Source: a virus (taxonomy: Duplodnaviria; Caudoviricetes). Taken from it: 42,188 nt of DNA. Shown here one piece after another: positions 1-8,352 of this stretch. Every line of letters begins with the position of its first letter. Positions within the stretch are counted from its first letter, which is position 1. Made by a program: the position numbers and the translations under genes. Location of the stretch: IMG/VR virus record IMGVR_UViG_3300006118_000017, positions 1 to 42,188 of that record, one strand, 5' to 3'. Under the pieces are notes generated by a model that did no database searches, was not told the origin of the DNA, and saw only the letters and a program-made list of their open reading frames with translations.

Positions 1-218
1 TTCCAGCAGAGGCTCTTCTTCGATGCGAGAACCTCGGCCTTTGGACTTTACCACCCGTTAGTTCTGCGATACCCTAGGGTCACCTGACCAAGGAGGGTGC
101 ATGAACGCTGCGGAGCGAGCGGAGTATCTCGACAACCACCACCTCGTAGTACGTGGTTGGCGGAGCGCATCGTGCATGACGGTGAAAATCCAATGTTCTA
201 CCAAGTGGAGGTAATCGA

Positions 219-395
219 ATGACGTTCGAGGAATGGCTGCAACTCGGCATTGACTCTGGGTTCTGCACCGATCAGTATTGTGCGTTCCACTCGTGCCCGC
301 CGCTCAGCCCCGCCGAGGAAGCACTTTTGGATGAGGACGAGGAAATCTGCTACCACGTCGTCCGCCTCGGCAGCCCGAAAGACTGGTTGCAGTAG
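219..395 (+). CDS. Small Cys/His hypothetical phage protein (58 aa)
   Basis: Not in the ORF track; translated by hand as MTFEEWLQLGIDSGFCTDQYCAFHSCPP...ICYHVVRLGSPKDWLQ*. GGAGG SD upstream. Resembles a small protein type I recall from actinophages. Confidence 0.7.
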   Translation: MTFEEWLQLGIDSGFCTDQYCAFHSCPPLSPAEEALLDEDEEICYHVVRLGSPKDWLQ

Positions 396-432
396 TAATC
401 GTGTAGTGTCGTGAAATCCATAAGGAGGACAC

Positions 433-615
433 ATGGCGACAAACGCCAAAGACTGCAAGATGCACAAGTGGCAACTCATGGCGGTTAGTTCTAAGGTGTG
501 GGTGACCTGCCTGCACTGCCCCGCCCGCTTCCAGTTCACGCACGAATACAACGGAGCCGGATACAGCGGGAAAATCCCTGCGACCTATCAGCATCTCCCT
601 GAGGCGTTTCGATGA
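433..615 (+). CDS. Small hypothetical protein, possible Zn ribbon (CKMH...CLHC)
   Basis: Strong TAAGGAGG SD; ATGA overlap with the next gene. Confidence 0.75.
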   Translation: MATNAKDCKMHKWQLMAVSSKVWVTCLHCPARFQFTHEYNGAGYSGKIPATYQHLPEAFR

Positions 616-902
616 AGAAGCGGGAACTGATCCGTCAGAACGAGAACCTAGAGGGCTACCTCGCCACCTGCCAGCACCTCAACGAACGCTTGGACGATGA
701 ACTCGATGAGCAGCGGCAGAAAATCGTCTGCCTGACCGATGATTTGGAACAAGTCAAGGGCGAACTTGCCTTTTACGCTTTGGCTTACCAAACAGCCGTC
801 GGTCGTCTCTGGGCGCACACCAAAGGTGAAAAGCCCGATGTGGAGGCGTTCAGCCAGCAGTTCCTCGAACAAGTGGCTAAGGAAATGATCGAGCCATTCT
901 AA
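612..902 (+). CDS. Coiled-coil hypothetical protein (96 aa)
   Basis: Coupled to the upstream ORF; heptad-like Leu/Glu pattern; followed by a hairpin. Confidence 0.75.
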   Translation: MKKRELIRQNENLEGYLATCQHLNERLDDELDEQRQKIVCLTDDLEQVKGELAFYALAYQTAVGRLWAHTKGEKPDVEAFSQQFLEQVAKEMIEPF

Positions 903-904
903 CC

Positions 905-951
905 AAAAGCGACGAGGCGACCCGTTGGAAAGGCCGCCTCGTCAATGCTTT
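905..951. terminator. Probably bidirectional intrinsic terminator
   Basis: GACGAGGCG (911-919) / CGCCTCGTC (935-943) inverted repeat flanked by AAAAGC and GCTTT. Confidence 0.7.
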
Positions 952-1026
952 GTGGTGAAACTACAGGTGTTGCTTTGCTGCACCTCGGCTTCATAGGGCT
1001 TGGCGGACGGTCCGCCGAACCGAGGC
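905..1026 (-). ncRNA. Candidate structured small RNA (~120 nt)
   Basis: Minus-strand extended -10 TGC-TATAGT (1041-1033); nested stems CCTCGGTT/AGCCGAGG and GGCGGA/TCCGCC; ends in a terminator hairpin followed by TTTT. Confidence 0.4.
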
Positions 1027-1068
1027 GAAATCACTATAGCAGCCTCTCGCACCTGTTATCATCGCTTT

Positions 1069-1458
1069 ATGCCACAGCCCGCCGTCTCAGACCGCATTGG
1101 CGATGAAGTGTGTCGCTACATCGCTTGGCATTGGCGAGAACTCAACTTTCCGCCCTCGATCCGAGATATCCAAAAGGCACTTGGGGTGAAATCCACCGCA
1201 ACCGTTCACAACTGCCTATTGGAGTTGGAGATCAAGGGGCGTATCCAGCGTGACCCCTACCGCCGCACCCTGATCGTGGTGAACGGCGTTGATCCCGAAA
1301 TCTGCAACCACGACTGGCGCATTACAAATCGTGATTTCGTGGACACGGGAGAAGCCCTGATTGAGTGCTTGTATTGCTGCCGCCGCACTGCCGTCGAATA
1401 CTACCCAGACTGGAACAATAAAGCAGCCTGCCCTCGATACATGGGTGAAATGCCCTAA
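1069..1458 (+). CDS. LexA-type winged-HTH DNA-binding protein with Cys-rich C-terminal domain (no S24 peptidase)
   Basis: FPPSIRDIQKALGVKSTATVHNCLLELEIKGRIQRDP matches the LexA N-domain pattern; C-terminal CNH...CLYCC. ATG 1069 lies 6 nt after the -10 TATCAT (leaderless). Confidence 0.85.
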   Translation: MPQPAVSDRIGDEVCRYIAWHWRELNFPPSIRDIQKALGVKSTATVHNCLLELEIKGRIQRDPYRRTLIVVNGVDPEICNHDWRITNRDFVDTGEALIECLYCCRRTAVEYYPDWNNKAACPRYMGEMP

Positions 1459-1514
1459 CCCAACTAGAGTGTGCTAACCTATGGCTAGGCAACCCTGCTA
1501 TGGGAAGGACTGCT

Positions 1515-1748
1515 ATGACCCTGAACGAACTTGTGGAAAAGATCGCACACGATCTTGCTACGGTGGAAATGCCGAACACGGCGGACATTCACACCTTGAT
1601 CCATACTGCGATGAACCAAGCGGATGCTCTTGCGCTGCTGAAGGTGGAAAATAGTGCGCTGAAGGCTCGCATCGCCGACGCTGAGCGCAAGTTGGAAGGC
1701 GTTGAGCCTCTGACCCACCTCGTCCAGTATGCCGAGGGTTCTATCTGA
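1515..1748 (+). CDS. Hypothetical coiled-coil protein
   Basis: GGAAGGA SD before ATG 1515; TGATG coupling to the next ORF. Confidence 0.7.
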   Translation: MTLNELVEKIAHDLATVEMPNTADIHTLIHTAMNQADALALLKVENSALKARIADAERKLEGVEPLTHLVQYAEGSI

Positions 1749-2011
1749 TGGCTCGCCGTCTTGTTTGGAAGGACGGCGGCTTCAACACCCTGAGCGCAAA
1801 AGACGGACCCTACGAGTATGTCGTGTGGGGGAACCAAAAGTCCGAGGGTGAGTTGCGTGTAATCCGCAAGGAAAACATGGGCGGGGTCATCTACCCCATT
1901 CAGGATTTCTCCATCTTCGCCCGTGACCGAGATGCCGCAATGAAGTTGGCTGAAAAGTTGAACCGCATCATTCGCAAGGCTCGACGCTACAACGGTCCGA
2001 TTTCCCTGTAA
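1748..2011 (+). CDS. Hypothetical protein (87 aa)
   Basis: Coupled start; codon usage like neighbouring genes. Confidence 0.75.
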   Translation: MARRLVWKDGGFNTLSAKDGPYEYVVWGNQKSEGELRVIRKENMGGVIYPIQDFSIFARDRDAAMKLAEKLNRIIRKARRYNGPISL

Positions 2012-2012
2012 G

Positions 2013-2034
2013 CGTCACACCCATCTGCTATGGT
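2013..2034 (+). promoter_or_regulatory. Leaderless promoter with RecA-NDp/PafBC-like spacing
   Basis: CGTCAC-N10-TATGGT, then 6 nt, then ATG 2041. Confidence 0.55.
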
Positions 2035-2040
2035 GGGTAG

Positions 2041-2838
2041 ATGGCCTCCACCCCTGTTTATCTAGGCGAAAAGCCGGACGGCGTATCACCTAGTCGGGTG
2101 AGCCAGTTCATCACTTGCCCACGGCAGTATCAGTATGTAAGCGTGGAGAGGCTGCCCGAGAAGAAGGGCGTGGACGCTTACCGAGGCACGATCTTCCATG
2201 CCATCCTCGAAGCCGTGTTCCGTGACCAACCGCAGGAAAATCGCACCCTCGATGTGACCCTGCAAACCTTCCGTGAGATGTATCCGACCTTCATGACCCC
2301 CGATGTGGTCGAGGAGTTGGGCTTCGACGAAATCGCCGTGCAGAAATACGCTGCCGAAATCACGAAGTTGATCCGCACCTATCACGAAATGGAAGATGCC
2401 CCGAGCATCAACCTCGTCGGCACTGAACGTCGTTTAGACTGGGACATGGGCGGCTGGGGACTGCGTGGCATCATCGACCGCTTCGACCGTGAAGCCGACG
2501 GCTCTCTCGGCATCGTGGACTACAAGACCGGCAAAGTGCCGCAGGGTCAGTATCGCTCCAAGGCGTTGCAACCTAGTCAGGTTTACGCCTACCTCGCAGA
2601 AAAAGTGTTAGGCGAGCGTCCGAGCCGGATCAGGCTGCTCTACGTCAAGACCGGTGCCGTCATCGAAAAGGCAGTGACCCAAGCGGACATTGTTGCCGCC
2701 GAGAAGCGTGTGACTGCGGTGTGGGCTGCCATCGAAAAGGCGTATGCCACCTCGCATTTCCCCGCTCAACCCTCCGTGCTCTGTGGCTGGTGCTCATTCC
2801 AGCAACGGTGTAACGAGGACAACTACTCCGTGTTCTAA
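2041..2838 (+). CDS. RecB-family / Cas4-like PD-(D/E)XK exonuclease with predicted Fe-S cluster
   Basis: SPSR..F.TCP, GTIFHAILE, LRGIIDR, IVDYKTG, Q..VYA, C-terminal CGWC...C. Confidence 0.9.
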   Translation: MASTPVYLGEKPDGVSPSRVSQFITCPRQYQYVSVERLPEKKGVDAYRGTIFHAILEAVFRDQPQENRTLDVTLQTFREMYPTFMTPDVVEELGFDEIAVQKYAAEITKLIRTYHEMEDAPSINLVGTERRLDWDMGGWGLRGIIDRFDREADGSLGIVDYKTGKVPQGQYRSKALQPSQVYAYLAEKVLGERPSRIRLLYVKTGAVIEKAVTQADIVAAEKRVTAVWAAIEKAYATSHFPAQPSVLCGWCSFQQRCNEDNYSVF

Positions 2839-2880
2839 ACCGGAAAATCCCCGCAGCGCACAGCGACCACGCTGTATTAC

Positions 2881-2908
2881 TTGACGTTTCCAAAACACGC
2901 TTTACGCT
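2881..2908 (+). promoter_or_regulatory. Sigma70-type promoter of the head operon
   Basis: TTGACG-N16-TACGCT in the intergenic region. Confidence 0.55.
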
Positions 2909-2963
2909 TGTGGAAGTCAAGACCAATAGCACCTGCTATTGGCGCAAGTTGCGAGGAGATGGC

Positions 2964-3821
2964 GTGGCCCGAAAGTTGGTTCGCCTGAACATCAAGGAAA
3001 CGTCGGGTGTAGATCACCCGGCGCATCGCCACGATGGTTGGGTAGTCATGAAGTCGGCCACCCCCTCTGATGTGACCTCAGTTCTTGACGAACTGCGACC
3101 TGATGGTGAAATCATCGAGGAAGCGTTGGAGGAAGCCCCCGTTGTGGAGAAGTCGTTTGATACGCCTTCGACCATCGAGATCACCTACACCAATGTTTTC
3201 CAAGATGGTGAAATCGTCAAGTCGTCCGAAGCGGCTCCCGCCGTTTTGGAAGTCCCCACCCCCGTTTCCAAGGAGGAAACTATGTCTTTCACCCCCGAGG
3301 TGACCACCCCTGAGGTCGTCATCATCCCGGAGGCTGCGAGCGAGGCTGAAATCCTGAAGGCGATGCCTGCAAGCATCCGCAAGATGCTTGACGACGCTTC
3401 GGCCAACGCCGAGGCTGCGCTTCGCAAGGCTGCGGCTTCCGAGCAGGCTCTCATTGCCGAGCGTGAGGCTCGTGCCGATGAGGCTGCCGTCATGAAGGCC
3501 GCTCAGTGGTCGCACCTGACCATCGACCCCACGGTCGTTGGCCCCGCCCTCCGTCGTCTCTCCGAGGCTGACGCTGTTCTCGCTAACGAGGTCGTGAAGG
3601 CTCTCGACAGTGCGAACGCCGTCGCTGAGACGAACGCAGTTTTCACTGAGGTTGGAACCGACGCTCCTGCGCCGACCAACGACGCTTACTCCAAGATGGA
3701 GAACCTCGCCAAGGCCGCAGTTGCCAACGGCACCTCCCCATCGTTCGAGGCTGCGCTCATGGCCGTCGCTCAGGCGAACCCCGACCTCTACTCCACCTAC
3801 CTCTCAGAGAAGGGACGCTAG
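2964..3821 (+). CDS. Capsid scaffolding / maturation protease-like protein
   Basis: GTG 2964 after GAGGAG; N-terminal LNIKETSGVDHPAH motif; acidic linker; Ala/Glu-rich helical C-terminus; directly upstream of the decoration and capsid genes. Confidence 0.7.
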   Translation: MARKLVRLNIKETSGVDHPAHRHDGWVVMKSATPSDVTSVLDELRPDGEIIEEALEEAPVVEKSFDTPSTIEITYTNVFQDGEIVKSSEAAPAVLEVPTPVSKEETMSFTPEVTTPEVVIIPEAASEAEILKAMPASIRKMLDDASANAEAALRKAAASEQALIAEREARADEAAVMKAAQWSHLTIDPTVVGPALRRLSEADAVLANEVVKALDSANAVAETNAVFTEVGTDAPAPTNDAYSKMENLAKAAVANGTSPSFEAALMAVAQANPDLYSTYLSEKGR

Positions 3822-3824
3822 AAA

Positions 3825-4517
3825 ATGGCTTTCGAGCAAAATCCATATGCCGTCAAGTTGACGTTGACTGCGGACACGACCCTCACCGCTGCGACGCAGT
3901 TCTGCTTCGTCAAGTTGGGATCGTCCGTCGTGGTTGGCTCCGGCCTCGCCATCGCTAGCAACTCGGCAGTTGTGACCGGCTTCACCACCGGTGGTGCCAC
4001 CTTCCCGGCTGGCTTGGTGCCCGGTTCCATCGTGACCACGAACGCTGTCGGCCTCCTTGGCGCAGTCGTGACCTCAATCAACCCCGCTGCCGGTTCGATC
4101 ACCCTGAACACCATCGCTAGCGGCACGACCGCAGCCCTGTCGTTCACGAGTGCTTCGTTCGGTGCCGGTGGTCCGGTTGCCACGATTTGCGGCACCACCG
4201 CAGACCGCCCGCTCGGTATCCTTCAGAACCAGCCGACCCCTCGCACTGCCGCCTCCGGTGTCATCGAGTCGCTCGCTGAGGCTGAGGTCACCGTTTCGGG
4301 TGTCTCGAAGGTTCTCGCTGGTGGAACCATCACCGCCGGTCAGGCGATTTCAGTCAGTGCTTCGGGTGCGGCTCTCGCCATCGCCCCGGCGTCGACTGGT
4401 GGTGCAACCAACGGTTCAGCACTTTCCTACATTCTCGGCACCGCAATCACTAGCGGAGTGGCTGGCGACATTATCACCGTCGCTGTGAACTGCTCCGCTG
4501 CTGGTCGAGCGGCTTAG
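3825..4517 (+). CDS. Capsid decoration/cement protein (DUF2190-like) with inserted beta domain
   Basis: PLGILQNQP..AEVTVSGVSKVLAGGTITAG..LGTAITSGVAGDIITV; position before the major capsid gene. Confidence 0.75.
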   Translation: MAFEQNPYAVKLTLTADTTLTAATQFCFVKLGSSVVVGSGLAIASNSAVVTGFTTGGATFPAGLVPGSIVTTNAVGLLGAVVTSINPAAGSITLNTIASGTTAALSFTSASFGAGGPVATICGTTADRPLGILQNQPTPRTAASGVIESLAEAEVTVSGVSKVLAGGTITAGQAISVSASGAALAIAPASTGGATNGSALSYILGTAITSGVAGDIITVAVNCSAAGRAA

Positions 4518-4538
4518 GTTTAGAAAGGAACCTGAAAA

Positions 4539-5552
4539 ATGCCACAGCCCAACGTGAACAATGTTCACATCGACGCAATCCTGACCAACATCTCGGTTGC
4601 CTACCTCCAAAACACGGACAACTTCATCGCCGACAAGGTGTTCCCGGTTGTCCCCGTGGACAAGAAGTCCAACCTGTACTTCAAGTACACGAAGGACGAC
4701 TGGTTCCGTGACGAGGCGCAGCGTCGTGCAGACGGCACCGCTTCCGCTGGCTCCGGCTACGGCCTGACCACCGATGTCTACATGGCAGACGTTTTCGCCT
4801 TCCACAAGGACATTGGTGACCAGACCCGTGCCAACTCCGACAACCCCTTGAACCCCGACATGGAAGCGACGCAGTTCGTCACGCAGCGTCTCCTCCTCCG
4901 TCGTGAGGTTCAGTGGACGGGCGACTACTTCCAGCCCGGCGTGTGGGGCAACACTGTTCTCGGTGTCGCTTCCGGTTCGCAAGGCACCGGTTCCACGGTC
5001 AAGTGGTCGGACTACGGCGCAACCACGAGCAACGGTGTGACCACCTACAACTCGAACCCGATCTCGGACATTGAGTCCGCCAAGGCTTCGGTGTTGCAGA
5101 CGACCGGTTACGAGCCGAACACGCTCGTCCTGTCCTACCCGGTGTTCCTCAAGTTGAAGAACCACCCGATGCTGGTTGACCGCTACAAGTACACCCAAGC
5201 CGGTGCCATCGTGACCGAGGACCTCCTCGCTCAGGTGTTCGGCGTGGATCGTGTGCTCGTGTCGAAGGCAGTTGTGAACAACGGTGCTGAGGGTTCCAAC
5301 ACTCAGAACTACCAGTTCACGACCGGCAACAACGCCCTGCTTGCCTACACCGCCCCGAACCCCGGTGTGATGACCCCCTCCGCTGGCTACACGTTTATGT
5401 GGACTGGCGTGTCGGGTGGCCTCGGTACCACGGTTGGTGTGAGCCGCTTCCGTATGGAGGAACTGAAGGCAGACCGAGTTGAGGGTGAAATCGCCTTCGA
5501 CAACAAGGTCGTTGCTGCTGACCTCGGCTACTTCTGGGATGCCATCATCTAG
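4539..5552 (+). CDS. Major capsid protein (HK97 fold, capsid-E-like)
   Basis: HIDAILTNISVAY..FIADKVFPVVPV..; C-terminal KVVAADLGYF; GAAAGGA SD; strongly biased codons. Confidence 0.9.
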   Translation: MPQPNVNNVHIDAILTNISVAYLQNTDNFIADKVFPVVPVDKKSNLYFKYTKDDWFRDEAQRRADGTASAGSGYGLTTDVYMADVFAFHKDIGDQTRANSDNPLNPDMEATQFVTQRLLLRREVQWTGDYFQPGVWGNTVLGVASGSQGTGSTVKWSDYGATTSNGVTTYNSNPISDIESAKASVLQTTGYEPNTLVLSYPVFLKLKNHPMLVDRYKYTQAGAIVTEDLLAQVFGVDRVLVSKAVVNNGAEGSNTQNYQFTTGNNALLAYTAPNPGVMTPSAGYTFMWTGVSGGLGTTVGVSRFRMEELKADRVEGEIAFDNKVVAADLGYFWDAII

Positions 5553-5571
5553 TTTCTGCTAGTATGACGGC

Positions 5572-5922
5572 ATGACCTCGCTGCCGCCCACCCACAGAGT
5601 CCTCCTACCGTTTCAGTTGGAGGGTTCTGGGGTGGGCGTTGGCGATTTTATAAACCTTTCTGCGCTCGATCCGCAAGAGGTTCTCCGCATGACCTACCTC
5701 GGCTGGGTTCAGCCCGTCGAAATCCGTGACCTGCCCGTTGCGAGCACGCCAGAGGTGGCTGAAATCGCCCCTGAGCCTTCCGAGGCAGATGAGGCTCCCG
5801 TAGAGCCAAAGCCCAAGCGTGGCCGCCCTGCGAAGGCAAAGCCCGTCGTCGAGCCGGAGCCGGAGATCATCGCTCCCCTCGCAGACGAAATCGCACCCCT
5901 GCCGGACGAACTAGAGGCGTAG
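5572..5922 (+). CDS. Small Pro/Glu-rich protein with AT-hook-like PKRGRPAK, probably head-associated
   Basis: Follows the capsid gene; leaderless -10 TAGTAT at 5560-5565. Confidence 0.7.
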   Translation: MTSLPPTHRVLLPFQLEGSGVGVGDFINLSALDPQEVLRMTYLGWVQPVEIRDLPVASTPEVAEIAPEPSEADEAPVEPKPKRGRPAKAKPVVEPEPEIIAPLADEIAPLPDELEA

Positions 5923-5926
5923 AACG

Positions 5927-5942
5927 CTCGTCATATGACGAG
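5927..5942. repeat. Perfect 16-bp palindrome CTCGTCATATGACGAG
   Basis: Seen directly; intergenic between the head module and the inserted operon. Confidence 0.9.
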
Positions 5943-6001
5943 TGACGCTACCCGTAGTTCCGTTCCCCACCAAACTCGTAGTCGTGGTGTAGCATTTCAC
6001 C

Positions 6002-6262
6002 ATGTCCTTACGAGACGCAGAGAAGCGGTTAGAGCGTGTGACGCTCTGTAAGATCGCCAACTTCATCAACGGCCTTGATGCCGCCGACAAAAAGACGGTG
6101 GTGGAATGGTTCGCAGCCAAGAAGCCTGCCTTTTGGATCGCCCGTGTGGCTTCCGCCGACGGCAAGCCGCTAAACGAAAAAACCCTGAAGCGGCATCTCG
6201 ACGGTGACTGCTGCTGCCCGGCTGGAACACCGCACAAGGGGGCGTATCTTGACGCTCAGTGA
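6002..6262 (+). CDS. Small HTH-like / Zn-binding protein (LKRHLDGDCCC)
   Basis: Leaderless (-10 TAGCAT 5990-5995); a protein type that often precedes phage metallophosphoesterases. Confidence 0.75.
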   Translation: MSLRDAEKRLERVTLCKIANFINGLDAADKKTVVEWFAAKKPAFWIARVASADGKPLNEKTLKRHLDGDCCCPAGTPHKGAYLDAQ

Positions 6263-7478
6263 AGCAGCCTCGTCTTTGCCGCAGCGTCATACGAACATTA
6301 TCCCGAAGGGGACTGAGCCATCGTTCCAATGGAACGGCAGCGACGGCTACATCACCTCACCGCTTCTCCCTAATGAACCCGATCCGGCGTTCTGGGAGGT
6401 TCTCATGCAGGACTGGGGGCTTTCGCCGGATACCACCGAAATCGTCGATGGCTCGGTGAACATCCGTGGTTGGGACTCCAACATGGGTGGCGGTGAAATC
6501 CAACGCATGAAATATTACCGAGCGCAAATCCGCCGCCGTCAGGCCGGGGAGCGTTCCATCAACATTGACCGCCTGTGCGAGAAGGTGATGAAGCGCAAGC
6601 CGCTGAAATCTGTCTCGTTCGTCAATACGGCTGACCGTGCGCTGGTCATCACCTTTAGCGACTGGCAGACCGGCAAGGGCGAAGGTGGCGGCCCTGAAGC
6701 CATGACCGAGCGCATCTGCCTCGCACAAGACCGTGTGGTGGAACGGGTCAAGGAACTGCGTAAGGCTGGTCGTGGTCCGAGCCGCATCTACATCGCTGGA
6801 ATGGGCGACCTCGTTGAGGGGTGTGATGGTCACTACGACATGCAGGCGTTCCAAACCGTGCTCACCCGCCGCCAACAAAAAGACTTGGTTGTCTATCTCA
6901 TTGACCGCATGGTGGAACTGCTCGTCGCTAACTTCCCCGATATCCAAATCATCTTGACCGCAGTTCCCGGTAATCATGGTGAAAATCGCAGGAATGGCAA
7001 GGCGTTTACGGATTGGCTGGACAACGACGATCTTGATGTGTTCACCTCCACCTACCGTGCATACCTGAAAAATCCTGACCGCTACGCCAATGTCTCTATG
7101 CCGCAGTTCGACGGGTTGGTGCAAGAGGACTTGACGATCACCCTCGACATTTGCGGCGTTCCGGTCACCTTTGCTCACGGGCACCAGTTCGGCAAGGGCA
7201 ACGGTGGTGGAACGGTTGCGAAAATCGAAGCATGGTGGAAGGGTCAAGTGATGGGGCGCACTCCGGCTGCGGACAGTGCGATCCTGTTCTCGGGGCACTA
7301 CCACCACTTCGTCGCCTCCGAAGGCACGGGTCGGCAAGTGTTCCAATGTCCGGCGATGGATGGTGGTTCTAAGTGGTTTACAAGCCAGACGGGAGCCAAC
7401 TCCCCTGCTGGAATGCTTACTGTCGGTATCGGACTTGATTACGGCTCTCGTGGCTGGGGAGACTTACTGATTATCTGA
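6249..7478 (+). CDS. Calcineurin-like metallophosphoesterase (Mre11/PolII small subunit-like)
   Basis: Motifs SDWQ, GDLVEG, PGNHGE, HGH, GHYHH; probable TTG start at 6249 after AAGGGGG. Confidence 0.88.
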   Translation: MTLSEAASSLPQRHTNIIPKGTEPSFQWNGSDGYITSPLLPNEPDPAFWEVLMQDWGLSPDTTEIVDGSVNIRGWDSNMGGGEIQRMKYYRAQIRRRQAGERSINIDRLCEKVMKRKPLKSVSFVNTADRALVITFSDWQTGKGEGGGPEAMTERICLAQDRVVERVKELRKAGRGPSRIYIAGMGDLVEGCDGHYDMQAFQTVLTRRQQKDLVVYLIDRMVELLVANFPDIQIILTAVPGNHGENRRNGKAFTDWLDNDDLDVFTSTYRAYLKNPDRYANVSMPQFDGLVQEDLTITLDICGVPVTFAHGHQFGKGNGGGTVAKIEAWWKGQVMGRTPAADSAILFSGHYHHFVASEGTGRQVFQCPAMDGGSKWFTSQTGANSPAGMLTVGIGLDYGSRGWGDLLII

Positions 7479-7858
7479 TGGCGTATTACTTAGCCGGGCC
7501 GATGCGTGGCCTTCCAAACTCCAACTTCGATGCCTTTACCGAAGCCCGTGACCACCTGCGAAGCAAGGGCTACGAGATCACCTGTCCTGCTGAAACGGCT
7601 TTCCAAATCTATGGAGAGGACATTCAGGCAAACGACAACAACTTCCACGAAGCCATGATGTTCTGCTACAAGGCTGTGCTGGAATGTGAAGGCGTGATCG
7701 TGCTCCCCGGCTGGGGGCGTTCAGATGGCGCAAAGGCTGAGGTGCTGGTCGCAACCACTCTCGGCAAGCCAGTTTACGCCTACCATAAGCATCGCCCGCA
7801 GTTCATCGAGGAACTTCCAAATGTGAAAATCGCTACCCGAGCAGAGGTCTTGGCATAG
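7478..7858 (+). CDS. DUF4406 / nucleoside deoxyribosyltransferase-like protein
   Basis: YLAGPMRGLP..NFDAF, LECEGVIVLPGWGRSDGAKAE. Confidence 0.85.
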   Translation: MAYYLAGPMRGLPNSNFDAFTEARDHLRSKGYEITCPAETAFQIYGEDIQANDNNFHEAMMFCYKAVLECEGVIVLPGWGRSDGAKAEVLVATTLGKPVYAYHKHRPQFIEELPNVKIATRAEVLA

Positions 7859-8352
7859 TGGGCATTACCCCGCCTTGGACTGATGGCGTGGAGGAAGATT
7901 GGGACGATCCCAACCACCCGTGGGCACCACTCCCCGGCGTTCGCACCGGTTCGCAACTTACAAAGGGCGAACGGGCAGCCGACTTGATGCGGAACAAGAT
8001 GGGTTCATGGTCGTTCGTCGGCGGTTTTACAGCGTTCATGCTCGTCTGGGCGGGGCTGAACAGCATCGTCCTCGCCCGACACGCTTTCGATCCGTACCCC
8101 TATATCCTGCTCAACCTGCTACTTTCCACCTTGGCAGGGCTACAGGGTGCTATCTTGCTTATCGCAGCGAAGCGTGCCGATGCCATCGCTGCCGAACAAG
8201 CCCTGTCCCATCTCACGATTTCACAGTCCAGCAGCGAACTTATCCGATCAGTGAATAAAGAGTTGTTGGCAAATGTTCGGCTCACCAAAGAGGTTCACAA
8301 GTTGCTGAAAGAACTCCACCTCCTCCTCAACGAAAGGCAAAAAAATGACTGA
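7858..8352 (+). CDS. DUF1003-family membrane protein
   Basis: ERAAD..MGSWSFV, FDPYPYILLNLLLS.LAGLQG; two hydrophobic helices. Confidence 0.88.
   Translation: MGITPPWTDGVEEDWDDPNHPWAPLPGVRTGSQLTKGERAADLMRNKMGSWSFVGGFTAFMLVWAGLNSIVLARHAFDPYPYILLNLLLSTLAGLQGAILLIAAKRADAIAAEQALSHLTISQSSSELIRSVNKELLANVRLTKEVHKLLKELHLLLNERQKND

Noticed and set aside
1-222. Short ORFs at the left edge (ATG 101 or GTG 97)
   Set aside because: Two competing frames follow the same SD; they cannot be resolved without homology data
899-994. 31-codon minus-strand ORF (MKPRCSKATP...) within the sRNA candidate
   Set aside because: No SD, and it runs through the terminator stem; a non-coding interpretation is preferred but not proven
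2041-2838. Cas4-like gene as part of a CRISPR-Cas system
   Set aside because: No cas1/cas2 and no repeat-spacer array in the window; solo RecB/Cas4-like nucleases are common in phages
4416-7346. Long minus-strand ORFs (4416-5198, 6357-7346; likewise 39675-40601 and others)
   Set aside because: Antisense shadows of well-supported GC-rich genes, with no motifs or translation signals
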